From assembly GCA_043228905.1 (NCBI GenBank), contig JBHGNT010000004.1, forward strand, positions 25,172,001 to 25,236,000: 64,000 nucleotides of DNA. The letters are read 5' to 3'. Each line of letters opens with the position of its first letter. Positions within the stretch are counted from its first letter, which is position 1. Shown here in pieces: positions 13,459-25,700 of this stretch. A model generated the notes under the pieces. That model saw nothing but the letters and a program-made list of their open reading frames with translations. It ran no database searches and was not told where the DNA came from. Both the position numbers and the translations under genes were made by a program. This DNA is from Azolla caroliniana. Lineage: Eukaryota; Plantae; Polypodiophyta.

Positions 13459-15956
13459 ATGACTCAAATATGTAGGCCCAATGGGATTGCTAAATCTAGG
13501 AGTATATTTTATGCAATCCTGGACATTTGGGTAGATTGGAACATAACAATCCTTATGTTAACAACCATGTCACTCCAATTCTTCCTCGTTGTCGCAGGTT
13601 TCTACCGGAAATACACATCTAACACTCTCCTCCATGCCGGTGTATGGCTTGCCTTTCTAACCCTAGATGTATGTGTTTTCTATGCACTAGGGCTCATGGT
13701 ATCCTCTCCTCCATGCGATGATGCCATATTCTCCATATATGCCCCTTTCTTGCTCTTCCACATTGGTGGCATTGATGCCATAAATGCATATGCCCCGACT
13801 GACAATGATCTCTGGCTCCGATATGCCTTGAAAATGATACTTCACATTATTGTGGTCGCGTACCTTGTTAGTAGATCCGATAGGTGCCCACTTGCCACGA
13901 TGGTCGGCACATTGCTATTCATCGTTGGCTCATTCAAGTATGGTGAACGTATCTTTGCTCTTCGAAGTGGAAGCCAAGCCGAGGTTCTCTCGTCATCCCG
14001 ACCAATCTACAAATACATGGGATTAGATGATGGGAGTGATGACCTTATCATCGTAGGTGAGAAGGAATGGTACGAAGAGTATACGAGGAACCCGAAGGTT
14101 AAGGCTAAAGACATTGTTGGAGTGGTGACTTTCAAAGATATCCAAGGTTGCCAAGGTCTTGTCGAGATGATGGGTATTGAAGGCGCAAGGAACATCAAGT
14201 ATCTCTGCTTGGCTTATTCTTTGTTTAAGATCTTTCGTCGGAGGCTCGCGAATTTGCACATCCATTCCAAAGACGAAGACTACACCAAGGTGATTGATAA
14301 GATCAATATCCAAACCGGGTTAGTTGAATCTAGTTAATTCTTATTAACATTAAAAGAGATCATTCAACATTTGACTCTCCGTTTAGATCAATACTACACC
14401 TAGGGAGGGGCACCTACCATATATATTGGATAAGGGATATGTAATATATTAGTTTGATCAACTTGAATCAAGGAAATTCCATTGAATGAAATGTAGAATG
14501 CCTAATAGAGCTTGTACACCCACAAACCCAAGGTGAAGACAAATATTTTGTGCATTGGGTCCTATCTCTAGTAGTCGTTATATCGACTCCTAAATTGAGT
14601 TTATGCAATTCTATATGATAGGTGAAATGCATCTTGTCAGAGCTCCAACCAGATGAGATCCGAAAGGTGATTGACCTTGAGCTAAGCTTCATTTTTGATG
14701 GTGTCTTTAGCAAAGCATCGGCAGTGGCATTATACCAAGGGATTGGGATTATAACTAGGCTTTTATATGTTATATTTCTAGCTGTAGCAGAGATTGGTGT
14801 AATTGTTCTCGATACAACACATTTCGTGTGCATGGACACAACATTGAATACGATTCCATTCGCACTTGGTTTGACCAATCTTCTATTGCTTGTTGCACTT
14901 CTTGTGGAATGTATGCAACTTGTGGAAATTATGGTGTCCAATTGGGTTAGGGTGTGGCTTGTGTGTAACTATGCACTTCGGCCATCGGTTGCACATAATT
15001 CATTGGGTTTCACTTGGTTGCACCATTTCAATCAAAAAGTTATCATGTTTGGATTAAGGTATGTGGGGGAACCTCGAATAAATCCTTGGAACTTCAAATT
15101 GGAACAACTTTCTATTTTCGTAGATAGCTTGGATAATGTGAAAAGACATTATATGCTCAAATCGGACATTATAAGGGTGCATGATATTCAAAAGATGCAA
15201 CAAAAGATTACTAGTCTATTGGACATGGAAATGTTGCACAGTCACTTGATAAATAAGATACTTAAAAGATATGAAGATGTTGAAGAATTTCAAGAGTTAT
15301 GGCAATTGCGAATGCATATTTCAAAGAAAATAAGCTCCCTCTCAAGAACAAATTCTTTACATGGACTCACAAGCTCCTCCTCGAGAACTGGTTCTGTACG
15401 CATGGATTTATTTCATGATGATTCAGGCTTGGAGGTTATTGTTCTAGATTGCCACCTTTTGACAAGTGCTTTTGAATTTCACCTACTGGATGAGCCGGAA
15501 TGGGAGACAATTCGCAAAGATGTCCATGTGATGGTTAGCATTGGATTGTCAAGGTATTGTATGCATTTGCTTATAAGGAGACCTAAATTAACACCAGAAG
15601 ACCCAGACATAGCTAGGGGGTTCTATAAAGATGCCAAAGAACAACTGAAGCAATTGTTTACACATAACCTCACACAATCTAGGGATGTTAGTCGCCTTTT
15701 GCAAGGCCATGAAGAATTTGGTATTGGTAAAGCTATTCTACTAGCTACTAAGATGTCAGAGAGAATGTCAGGGCAAGAAATGTGGAAGTTACTTGCACAA
15801 ATTTGGATAGACATAGTGATTTATATCGTAATTTCTGGAGATAATGCTTTTCCGCATATTGAGCAAATGGCCAAAGGTGGAGAGATTCTTACACACTTTT
15901 GGGTGCTTCTTGGGCACCTTGGTCATAAACGGAGTTCTTTGATGGGCTCTAGATAA
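13459..15956 (+). CDS. DUF4220 + DUF594 domain membrane protein; exons 13459-14289 and 14622-15956
   Basis: N-terminal multi-TM region with family motifs (W.I..L...SLQFFL; APFLLFHIGG.D.I.AY...DNDLWLR; KYGERIFALR; LCLAYSLFKIFRRR; ELSFIFD). C-terminal LSRYCMHLL..RP and W.LLAQIW...H.EQ.AKGGEILTHFWVLLGHLG. AAG|GTGATT...TAG|GTG phase-0 intron. Confidence 0.9.
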
Positions 15957-16591
15957 GGGCAATCTTGTGTATCCATTAGTCTTGAAACCACCATCATTCC
16001 AAAAAATAAAACTCTTGTAGATTTTATTTACACCTAAAATATCTTAACATACACAAGTATTGAAGTGTATATTGTACTCATTTATCAACTCTTTGCATCA
16101 TTGGCCTAGAAACTTTGTAACATCAAGATTAAGGATATGAAGTTTGGAATATAATATTTTAGTATAAACATGACGTTATGTACAAAGCACAATGCCATAT
16201 TCATAAATGGGTTGAGTGTGAGGACACACGTTGTATTGCTTGTATAGATGTAACAAATTCATTACAATATTGTTCATGTGATGCCATCTTAAATATTAAG
16301 GTTAAATCCTAGCATGACTATTCTCTTCTAATTAGCATTTTTAGGCTTGCAATTTATTTGCTCACATGTTTACTTAGTAATTGATAGTGTGTGATTTGGA
16401 CATTAATACAATGTGTATCATTGAAGATAAGGAAACTCGGTCATAAGCAATTTGGATTTGCTATGTAAATGTGAATGAAGAACAAGTTGAAACAAAAATG
16501 TAATTAAAGTGTCTACCACATGCCAAATTGTTTGGTTTTACCTTGTCTTTGTAAAGAATCGGATGTGATTTTGTGCATCTGAAGGTGTATA

Positions 16592-16625
<34 letters not shown>

Positions 16626-18259
16626 TGAGTGAGTGAAAAAAAAACACAGAGTATATAGAAAGGTAGTAAAAACTGTATTAACAAGAGAATAAACAACCAA
16701 CATTTACAAAGAGGAGGAGAAGGTGCTTATGTAGTCACCTTCTCTCTATGTTCTCTCACTACAACCTCCACTTGGAAAAGAGGTGGAGACTTAACTACCT
16801 ACTAAATATGTGTCATAGGACTTAACTTCTACGACACTTAGTTTATGATAATAGGATGGGATCGTAAGTCTGTGAGAAAGATATGCAGAAATACACAACT
16901 TGGAAAACAACAAATCATAGAGAATACATAGGTAGGCAGGTTTTATGCGGGAAAAAACCAAGGGAGAACAGATCTTCACTGTTACAGTGGATATACAAGA
17001 GAAGGATAAAACAGATTGCAACACTCTCATACGGAGTGTACCAACCACATAGGGTTGTTGGTGTCTACTGTTACACACATAGTTATGGCACTGCTCACAC
17101 TTTCACGCATCTCTCTCTCACTCTCTGTTACACTACAAAAACTCTATATTGCATCTACTGTTCTATTCACTTTCTCTATTCTATTCAAAGTTTGCCCTAA
17201 GTGTATTTATACTCGTACACAATATGGGTTATTTACAAATATGTATGTTATAATTATTATATTATAATAACAATAACAATCGCTAATCAACCGACTGATC
17301 GACTAGGCGTTTCGACTAGCCAACTAGTCTGTCTTTGTCTTCGACTTGGATCTCATGCTATACTGTCGACGCCTCCTTGTCTTCGACTCTCAGCTCTCAA
17401 CCCGACCAGTCGGCTACTCCTCGTCTTCGATTGTCGGCTCTTGCTTAGCCGAACTATTGACTCCTCCTACAAGAGGGACATGTTCTTAACATATTATACA
17501 AGGAGGTGGGATGTTCACACACTTGGGTATTCCAAAGGTGTGTTCCCACACTAAGGAAGTTGAGATTGATTTTGAATGGTCTTTGATGGCATTTCTATTC
17601 ACCAAACTACCCCCGTGTTTGTTTGATAAAAAGAAGTTGTTGCAACCTTGTATGGATGATTCCAAATTAACATTATAAACTCTTGGTTTAAGTCTATTTC
17701 TTTACATGTATGTTTTGGGGGATTTTGATGTTAGGCGAAAGCGCCACCGAATTTCCGATTGAGATCGGGTTTGCGAATCAAGAGGATGTGCAAGACCAAT
17801 AGAGAGAAAAGGTGACGCGGCCATCGTTTGTTGGGACATTGCACCGAAAGTACATGATTTTAGTTTGCTAAGGGAGCCAACGCTTTACGTTCTCCAATAT
17901 ATAATGTACAATTTGAGTGCCTTAGATATCAAAGTTGACGACATTGTTTGAGTGTGAGAAATGGTTTATTGCCTAAAATTGTATGGCGATTCTTAAAATT
18001 GAAGTTTATGGCCGTTGTATCTCCAAAGGAGGTACATACCTATGATGTCAAATTTACTACACCTTAAAGTTTTAACATTGCCTCAATATTTGATTGTACT
18101 TACTCACCAGGTGTTTTTTGTACTATTAAGTTGTTTACTAAAGAGTGCCTACATGTGCGTGTGAGAGAGAGAATAGAATAAAGCAGATGTTTTATGGTTC
18201 ATGATGATGCCAATTTTGATCTATGAGATCAAATCAACATATCATCTTGTATGTGACTC

Positions 18260-18674
18260 CCTCATGAAAAGGGAGATTTATTTATTCCAAAAAGAAGCTA
18301 CTTTTCCATTAGTTAGGGGAGATTATTATAGAAAGACTATACAAGGTAGCTTATACATAAATTGGGGAATTACCCTTTGACCGAGTTCAAGAATATGAGA
18401 CTATGTACATATCCTTTCGAACTGGCTACTTAATGTAAGTAGGTACCTATAGCTATAAACTAGTGCCCTTCATCACCGACCAGTACGAGTTGTATCTTGT
18501 GGCCTATAACAAAGGGAGGTGAGTAAGAAACAACTAGCTTGAGGGCTGGTAGTTCCACCTCGGGCCGTTTCCTCCTTGCGTCACCATTGGTGTGTTTTGC
18601 CATTTTTGCTAGAATCGCAAACAGATAGTAATCACGTTGTTGGAGTGGCCGCAAACCTCGTGAGAAGGGGGATT
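18260..18674 (-). mobile_element. Short retroposed (5'-truncated LINE or SINE-like) element, copy A, with degenerate 19-bp TSD
   Basis: About 195 bp (18285-18476) is closely similar, in reverse orientation, to 60823-61020. Ends ACTAATGGAAAAGTAGCTTCTTTTTGGAATAAA. Flanked by CCTCATGAAAAGGGAGATT (18260-18278) and CCTCGTGAGAAGGGGGATT (18656-18674), which differ by 3 transitions. Confidence 0.75.
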
Positions 18675-19220
18675 ACTCTTTTGTAAAAAAGATTCTCTTA
18701 AATTAAATAATGCACACATATGTGCCCATCCCTCTTGTTGGAAATTTGAGTACACTTATATTATCATTATTGTCTAACGTGTCACCATATTTGTCACAAT
18801 TTACCTTATATGATGAGCGTGCATAAGTAAATGATACTCATCCTCACTAGGTTGTCATTTCACATCTTCATATTTGGATGATGATGCCATGATGCTACCT
18901 CAACACCTAACTTGTATAATCGAGCTCTAAGAAACATTAAGGTTCTTTAAGAGCCAAGGCTCATGGGGGTAGTGAGATGCAATTGGATATGTTTTGGTAT
19001 TTTTACCTTGTATCGGGGGTTAATATTTGCAACGTAATATTCCAATTTTGACATTTTAAGATGGCTAATACCTCTATGGGAAGATCACTTGTTTCTAATA
19101 TCATGATAGGATATGATGTTTAGGATTTTACACTCAATTGTCTACATACGAACAAATTTTGGATTTATTCTATGTCATTCCATGCACTGAGTGAGATAAC
19201 ATCACCCCACACTTCCACTT

Positions 19221-19240
19221 GTGTGTGTGTGTGTGCGCGC

Positions 19241-19307
<67 letters not shown>
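19221..19307. repeat. (GT)n-(GC)n-(GA)n compound microsatellite
   Basis: Directly visible; ~32 GA units. Confidence 0.95.
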
Positions 19308-19309
<2 letters not shown>

Positions 19310-20192
19310 GGACAATCGTAAGATGTTATTCATAGTTTATTTCGTAAATGATTTATTTACAATTGTATTAGAAGGTGGTAAAGTCATTAGTAATGTGTGA
19401 TAGTCAAGATCAATATCATCAAATGTTTCATCTTAATTGCAATCCTCTCTCTCTCTCTCCTAAAGGCATAAATAAATACATTTTAAAGATGTGCCATTAC
19501 ATCTCTATCTGTCTCCACATGGTAAACATTTTGAAAGGAGATGAAATTTGAAGAAAATGACACTTGGTATCAAAATATGGGTTGAAAGACAAGTAAAAAA
19601 ATGGTATGATTTTAAGTATAAAAAACTTTGATGGTCAAATTGTGTACTAATAGCTCAAATGGAAAGGCTCCAAGCTATCGAGGGCCAAATGTGGGTTTCA
19701 TCCTCTTTCTCACAAGTAAATGTGATTGTACATGAGGTGGATGTGTTACAAATAAATGCAAAACCAAATGACAAAATTTGCATACCATGTTATCATTGAT
19801 GGAATGGAAATTTGCTTTTATTACACTCAAGTTCGGATATATGAAACTATGCACGTGTAAGTAAATGTTATTTTTGGAATACTATGAGCAAACATACAAT
19901 GACAAAATTACTCCACACGATCTCATATGTTTGTTCGGCTGATCCTTAGTATGGTTTTGGTTTTGTTTTTTGTTGGGAACATGATCAACGTTTGTCATGC
20001 TATGTTGTAGTACATGTGTGAAAAGCAATTGAAGTAATTGAGAAGCAATAAATATATGACAAACAATTTGAAGATCTTTATGTGAAATTTGTAGAATTTA
20101 TGCATTACTTTTGTTGAAGTGGGAGACCAAGAGATGATGATGATGATGATGGGTGACATTGAAGGTTAAGTACCTCACCAACACACCATCTT

Positions 20193-20851
20193 AAAACTTC
20201 GATTATAGTGGGAACCTTAGCTCTCCTAATTGTGTAGAGTGCCCACATGCAATAGAATCATATACGACACGCTCTGTGGGACTGCCCAATGTCTCATCGA
20301 ATATGGCGGGGGGTTGGCCGCTTGTTGCAAGGCTCAATAAAGTGGGGAAATATATGTTGGCTATCATTGCATGCCGCACTTGGCAGAAACGAGCATCAGG
20401 AGGAGGGGATGACTTTGGTGATACAAGCACAAGTGGTCTTTTTCTCCTCCAGCGGCAATGTCCACGCCACTCCTCTTAGTGACAAATCTCAAGAGGTGTT
20501 GGAATTGGTCAACCCAATAACTCTTTGGATCCTATAGAAACAACGATGTAGGCGAGTCTTCTCCAACCAAACCGCACATCCAACAAGGTTACTGCAAGAG
20601 ATATGGAGTGAAATTGTAGCCACTCTGAAGAGCCAATATAATGGCCTTAAGGGTGGCTCCAAGGGAGTTGAAAGACAACGAATAGCCTTCATCCAACAAT
20701 GGTCATCCTCTCCCTTTCTTGAATTAGTGGGCATCCACATAAGATGGAACTATTGCGTCCCTTCAGGGATTTGTACATAATTGTTTCATTTGTAAAATTT
20801 TATAACTAATGGACGGAGTTTTTTTTTGGGAAAAAAAAAACTTCGATTATA
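20193..20851 (+). mobile_element. 5'-truncated L1-like LINE with poly(A) and perfect 15-bp TSD
   Basis: TSD AAAACTTCGATTATA at 20193-20207 and 20837-20851; poly(A) at 20831-20840. Degenerate ORF2 C-terminus ELVNPITLWIL*KQRCRRVF...QQWSSSPFLELVGIHIRWNYCVP resembles the plant L1 W.IWK.R..RVF motif. Confidence 0.85.
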
Positions 20852-22743
20852 CATATCCCCAAGTCAGAATCATTAAAGAAAGACAATATACCCTAATGCT
20901 ACACCAATCAATGTGTAATGTGTTGAACATTTTCACAATAAATAAAGAGGGTAATGATCACATGAAAATTGAACAATAAGCACCTTTAAAAAAATGCATT
21001 GGTGAACCGTGAAGCTATGAATATTAAGCACATAATCAAGAAAAATCGTAAGCAATACATGTATGTTAGATGATCATAATTAGATACAAGTTACATTTCC
21101 TATAAATGTTTTTAAGTTAATATGCTTGAGTGCACATTTGTTTTCATAAAGGTAAAATGTGGTTCATCGTAATTTTCATGTGATTAAGAGCTTGTGGTTT
21201 TAAACATAAGCAAGCACATCCTTTCACATTGTGATAAGCTTGTTTTCATTTGTTTCATTACCATCAGCAACAAGACAAAATGTATGTGTGTATTCAAATT
21301 GACAAATTGTAGAGAGTTGTGTTATGGAAACTTATCCAACTTTCTAGATAATAAAACAACATGTGCAAGTGGAGATGTTGCACAAGTTTTCAATAAAGAG
21401 TTGTATAATTGCAACACTCCTTCACGATGTTCACAAGCATATCCTGAATCACAACATGTTGAATCATGATTGAGGACATATTACCAAAATATAATTGTAC
21501 ATGTACGTCTTCAATGTGAACCAAAATGTTAATGAATAGAAACATAAAGTTTGCTTTAGTTCGTTTTCATGAGAAATATAATTCTAGATGTTTGAGCTTT
21601 AATTTTTCAAGTGGATGATAATTCAAAAAGTTGGGTATTACCTTTAGATACTAAGGGGATATCATATGATTTGAATTCAACAATATATATGAATATTGTT
21701 TGCAACGAGTGTGAGATAGGTGTGGCAAACAATGAATGCACACACGGACAAAAAAAAATCAAAGCTACGAGTACATGATGTGAACGTGGAAAACATTCGA
21801 TAAATCGAGTTAAATTTTATTTTGATGACATAAGTGATCAACGTTAGAATAACTCGATGCTCGAGGTGAAATATGCATGGTTCATGTAGAAGTGATGTCT
21901 AAATATTTTTCATTTAGAAGAGTAACATGTAGAGGGCATGAGGTAGCCCAGATATAACACATTGTGGGAAGTGATACTCAAAACTCACATACATACTTGT
22001 TTGAGAATCGAGGGAGAGCCATGCATAATTGACGAGTCCTCTCACTTGATGCCCTCGTGTTGCATTCGTATAGAAGAGAACACGCGTTGATCGATATGGA
22101 CAAGCGTCAAGGGCATATGCTCTCTCTCGCATGTATGATGATGATTATGGTTAGCCCATTCAAAGAATATGTATCTGGTTTTGTAGTTAGGTGCAACATA
22201 TGTACCGTAGCGTGTAAAGCATGCATGTGCTTCCACATCTCTCTCTCTCTCTCTCATATTGTGATACATTGTAGATGCTGGTTCGATGCGTCTTCGCTTA
22301 CGTTGATGGTGAGGTCCATGTGGTCTCTAACATTCGGCAACGGTTCGGTTCGGTTCGGTTCGAACCGTGAAACCCCGGCTTAACGGTTTAAGCGGTTCAG
22401 AAATAAAGAGAAGAGCACATTTGTTTGACTGAGTAATCCCTAAAATGTATGTAAATAAATGTACTGCACGGGGCGGCGGGGCTGACTTTCTTTCTCTGTT
22501 TCGTACTGCCCATAATATAAAGCCCATAGCCATAGCCATAGACCTCTTCTTTCTTCTTCTGCTTCTTCTTCTTCTTCTGCATTCGTGCCATTCTTCTTCT
22601 TCTTCTCCAGCGTCTTCCTTCCTTCCCATTCCTCTTCTTGTTCTTCATCCATCCTTCTCCGTTCCTGATTCCTCATCATCCATCCACTTTCTTTCTTCAT
22701 TCCATAAACCCTAAAACAGATCACCATCCCCTCCTTCCCCGCC

Positions 22744-25700
22744 ATGGAGCTCCTTATCCGGCTCCTCGAAGCTCGGAACCTCAAACCATTGGATCGCAAA
22801 CTCCAGTTCTATGCCACTCTGAAGCTCGGGAATGCAAAGCACACCAGCTCTGTCTCACCCACGGGAGCTTTAGATCCTTACTGGTACCAAGACTTCGTCT
22901 TTCCTGCAGAAGACCTCGAAGGAGAGGTTCACATCACTCTGTGGAACAAGGACCGAATCTCAGATCTATGCTTGGGCGCCGTCATCATCCCTGTCTCTGC
23001 CATTTACAATGCGCCGAATCAGGCTTTACCTTCTTCTTGGTATGCCCTCCAAAAGCGAGGGAGACAGATCAAAACTGTGGTTTCTGGTATGTTTTTTCAC
23101 ACTCATCGCAGTTCTTTTCTTTATGGACGAATGGTCATTATCTCTACGTTCGGGTCATCACGTGCAATATATATACATACAAGTATATGCACTGATTTTG
23201 TTTATGTATGTATATGCATATGCATATGTATGTATGTATTTATAAATGTTAGTATGTATAATCAGGGTCGTTATCTGATGCTTTCAGATAATGTACAATT
23301 TGTATATAAACATGGTGGTCAATTAATCTATATACCTTTCTGAGACTTTGCAATGTATAAGTAGCATTCTATTTACATGGGTGAACATGTCCATAATCCA
23401 TAACTTCTGCACCACAATCTCTAGGTAAACATGAGCATAATTTATAACTTTTCGGATAATGCGTAAGATACAGATAAACAAGGTCATTATATATATCTTT
23501 CGTATGGTCATTGCTGTGCAATATACATATCTATATGCGGAAACATGGTCATTATTGGTACTTAATTTGGATGTGCTGTAAACATATATAAAACACGATC
23601 AGTATCAATACCTTTGGTTTGGTACTTACTTAACTTTGGATGTGCTGTAAACATATATAAAACACGATCATTATCTATACCTTTGGTTTTGCTATATATT
23701 TATTCATGTGGCCACTGTCATTAGCTTTCAGATATGCAATATATTATATATGTGTAAATATGGTCATTATAGATTTCAGATAATGCGCAATGTGTATAAA
23801 CATAGGTAAGTATCTATACCTTGCAATGGTGTATTATGTGAAACATGGTCATTATCAACTAGTAAATGATATGTTTTAACACATGAAAGAGTAGCCTTTT
23901 CTGGCCGCTATGGTTTCAACATTTTGGATTTGACTCTAGGACCTAACATAAAGAGAGCTTCTGTTTTGAGGTAGAGCATCAGACTGTTGAACACTGTAGG
24001 GATGCATGAGAGGAATTGGGCTTGTTTCCACATGGGAAAATGTTGAAAGAAGCTCATGATGTCAACGAAGTCCGTAGACAAAGCATGGCAGAAGCAGGCT
24101 CTTTTCCCGCGTGAAAAAATGTTGAAAGCTTCTTCTGCAGGGCCTCTGGAAGCTCATGATTCTGAACCATGTAGGGAAACAGGATAGACAGTAGGATCTT
24201 TTAACACGTGGAAAATAAACTAGAAAGAAAGAAAAATATATTTCTTTTAGCACTAGAGAAACTCATAGTGGCAAACACTGCAGGGATTCATGAAAGAAAC
24301 TGTACTCTTTTTGGAGATGCTAAAATCTCCACAACGCATGGAAAAGATATTAAAATTTCTTGTCAATAGAACATATAATATACATACATACATATATATC
24401 TATATATATGTTTCCTATTCCTGTTAAAAAGCTGATATTCCGGTAGTATATTGATAGGTGAAATCATGTTGGCTTTCTCATTATCTGGTGAAGCTCCCAG
24501 TACCACTCCCCCATTGGTGGAACTTCCTGATAAAGATCATAATGGTGAGGTAGTATCTTGTGAGATCGAAAACTCGATTTCGTCATTCTTTGATGATGAT
24601 GTTGGCAATTCTTTGACCTCGTCGAAGGAAGATATGCCACCTCCTCTTGAAGGAGGCATTGTACTTGATGGTCATTATGCCGTAAGTGTGCAATCTTTGA
24701 ACAAAATTCTTTTTGGACCTGGATCACAGTTTTTGTGTAATCTTGTGGAGCTACAAAAGAGTACTCAACTTGTAGAAGTACCATGGAAAAAGGGTGATCA
24801 TGGCTTACCAACACGAACTATTTCTTATGTTAAGGCAGCTACAAGGATGTTGAAAGCTGTGAAGGCAACAGAAGAACAGGTGTATACTAGAGCAGATGAA
24901 AAAGGATTTGTTGTGACTGTGTCTGCAACCACCCCAGATGCTCCATATGGGAGCACTTTTAGAGTTGATATTCAGTATTGTATGTTCTCAGGTCCTGATC
25001 TGAGTACAGGGGAGAAAACATCATTTCTTCAAGTTTCTTGGAAGCTACATTTTCTGAGCAGCACGATGATGAAGTCACTTATTGAGAATGGTGCACGCCA
25101 GGGCTTACAGGAAAGTTACAAGCAGTTTGCAGAGGTTCTAGAGAAGTTTGCGAAAGTACCCGAAGGTTCACATGATCCTCCACCAGAGAAAGATGATATA
25201 CCTGTAAGGGTTCCTAAGACTGACTGGCAGCTTGCAATAGAGTATTTCTGGGACCTTAGAATATGTCTATCCCTATTGATCACCTTGACGGTTTTGGTGC
25301 ACATTGGTATTTCCAAGCCATCAATCAAGGGTGGCTTTGAGTTATGGATAATAGACTTTCCAGATACATTGCGCGAGTTTATCACTTCAGCAATCCTGGG
25401 GATTCAAATCCAATACATTTTTGAGGTCGTGAAGAAGTTTCTTAGAGCACGAATGTATAAAGGTGATATGAATTTTTTTTTTGTGTTTATGTTTTTTTTG
25501 TTCGGGAAATATTCTGAAACTCCCATGATTTTCAGAGCGCTTCCAATATTTTTCTATGACTGTTTTTTCACTTAGAAACTAAAGAGATTGTAGATCCTCA
25601 GGATCTGATCATGGTGTCAAGGCTAGAGGCAGTGGGTGGTTGCTACGAGTTACACTTTTGGAGGCTGAGAACATTTTGGGATCAAAGGAAGCAGGTGGGT

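Noticed and set aside
15973-15979. Other ACTAATG(G) occurrences (also ~19385 and ~56957)
   Set aside because: Not followed by a T-tract and poly(A); treated as chance matches and excluded from the signature.
16640-17491. Possible solo LTR (TGTTA at 17069 ... TAACA at 17491) and adjacent LTR-like sequence
   Set aside because: Flanking 5-mers (TCTAC / TATTA) do not form a TSD, and no PBS, PPT or second copy was seen.
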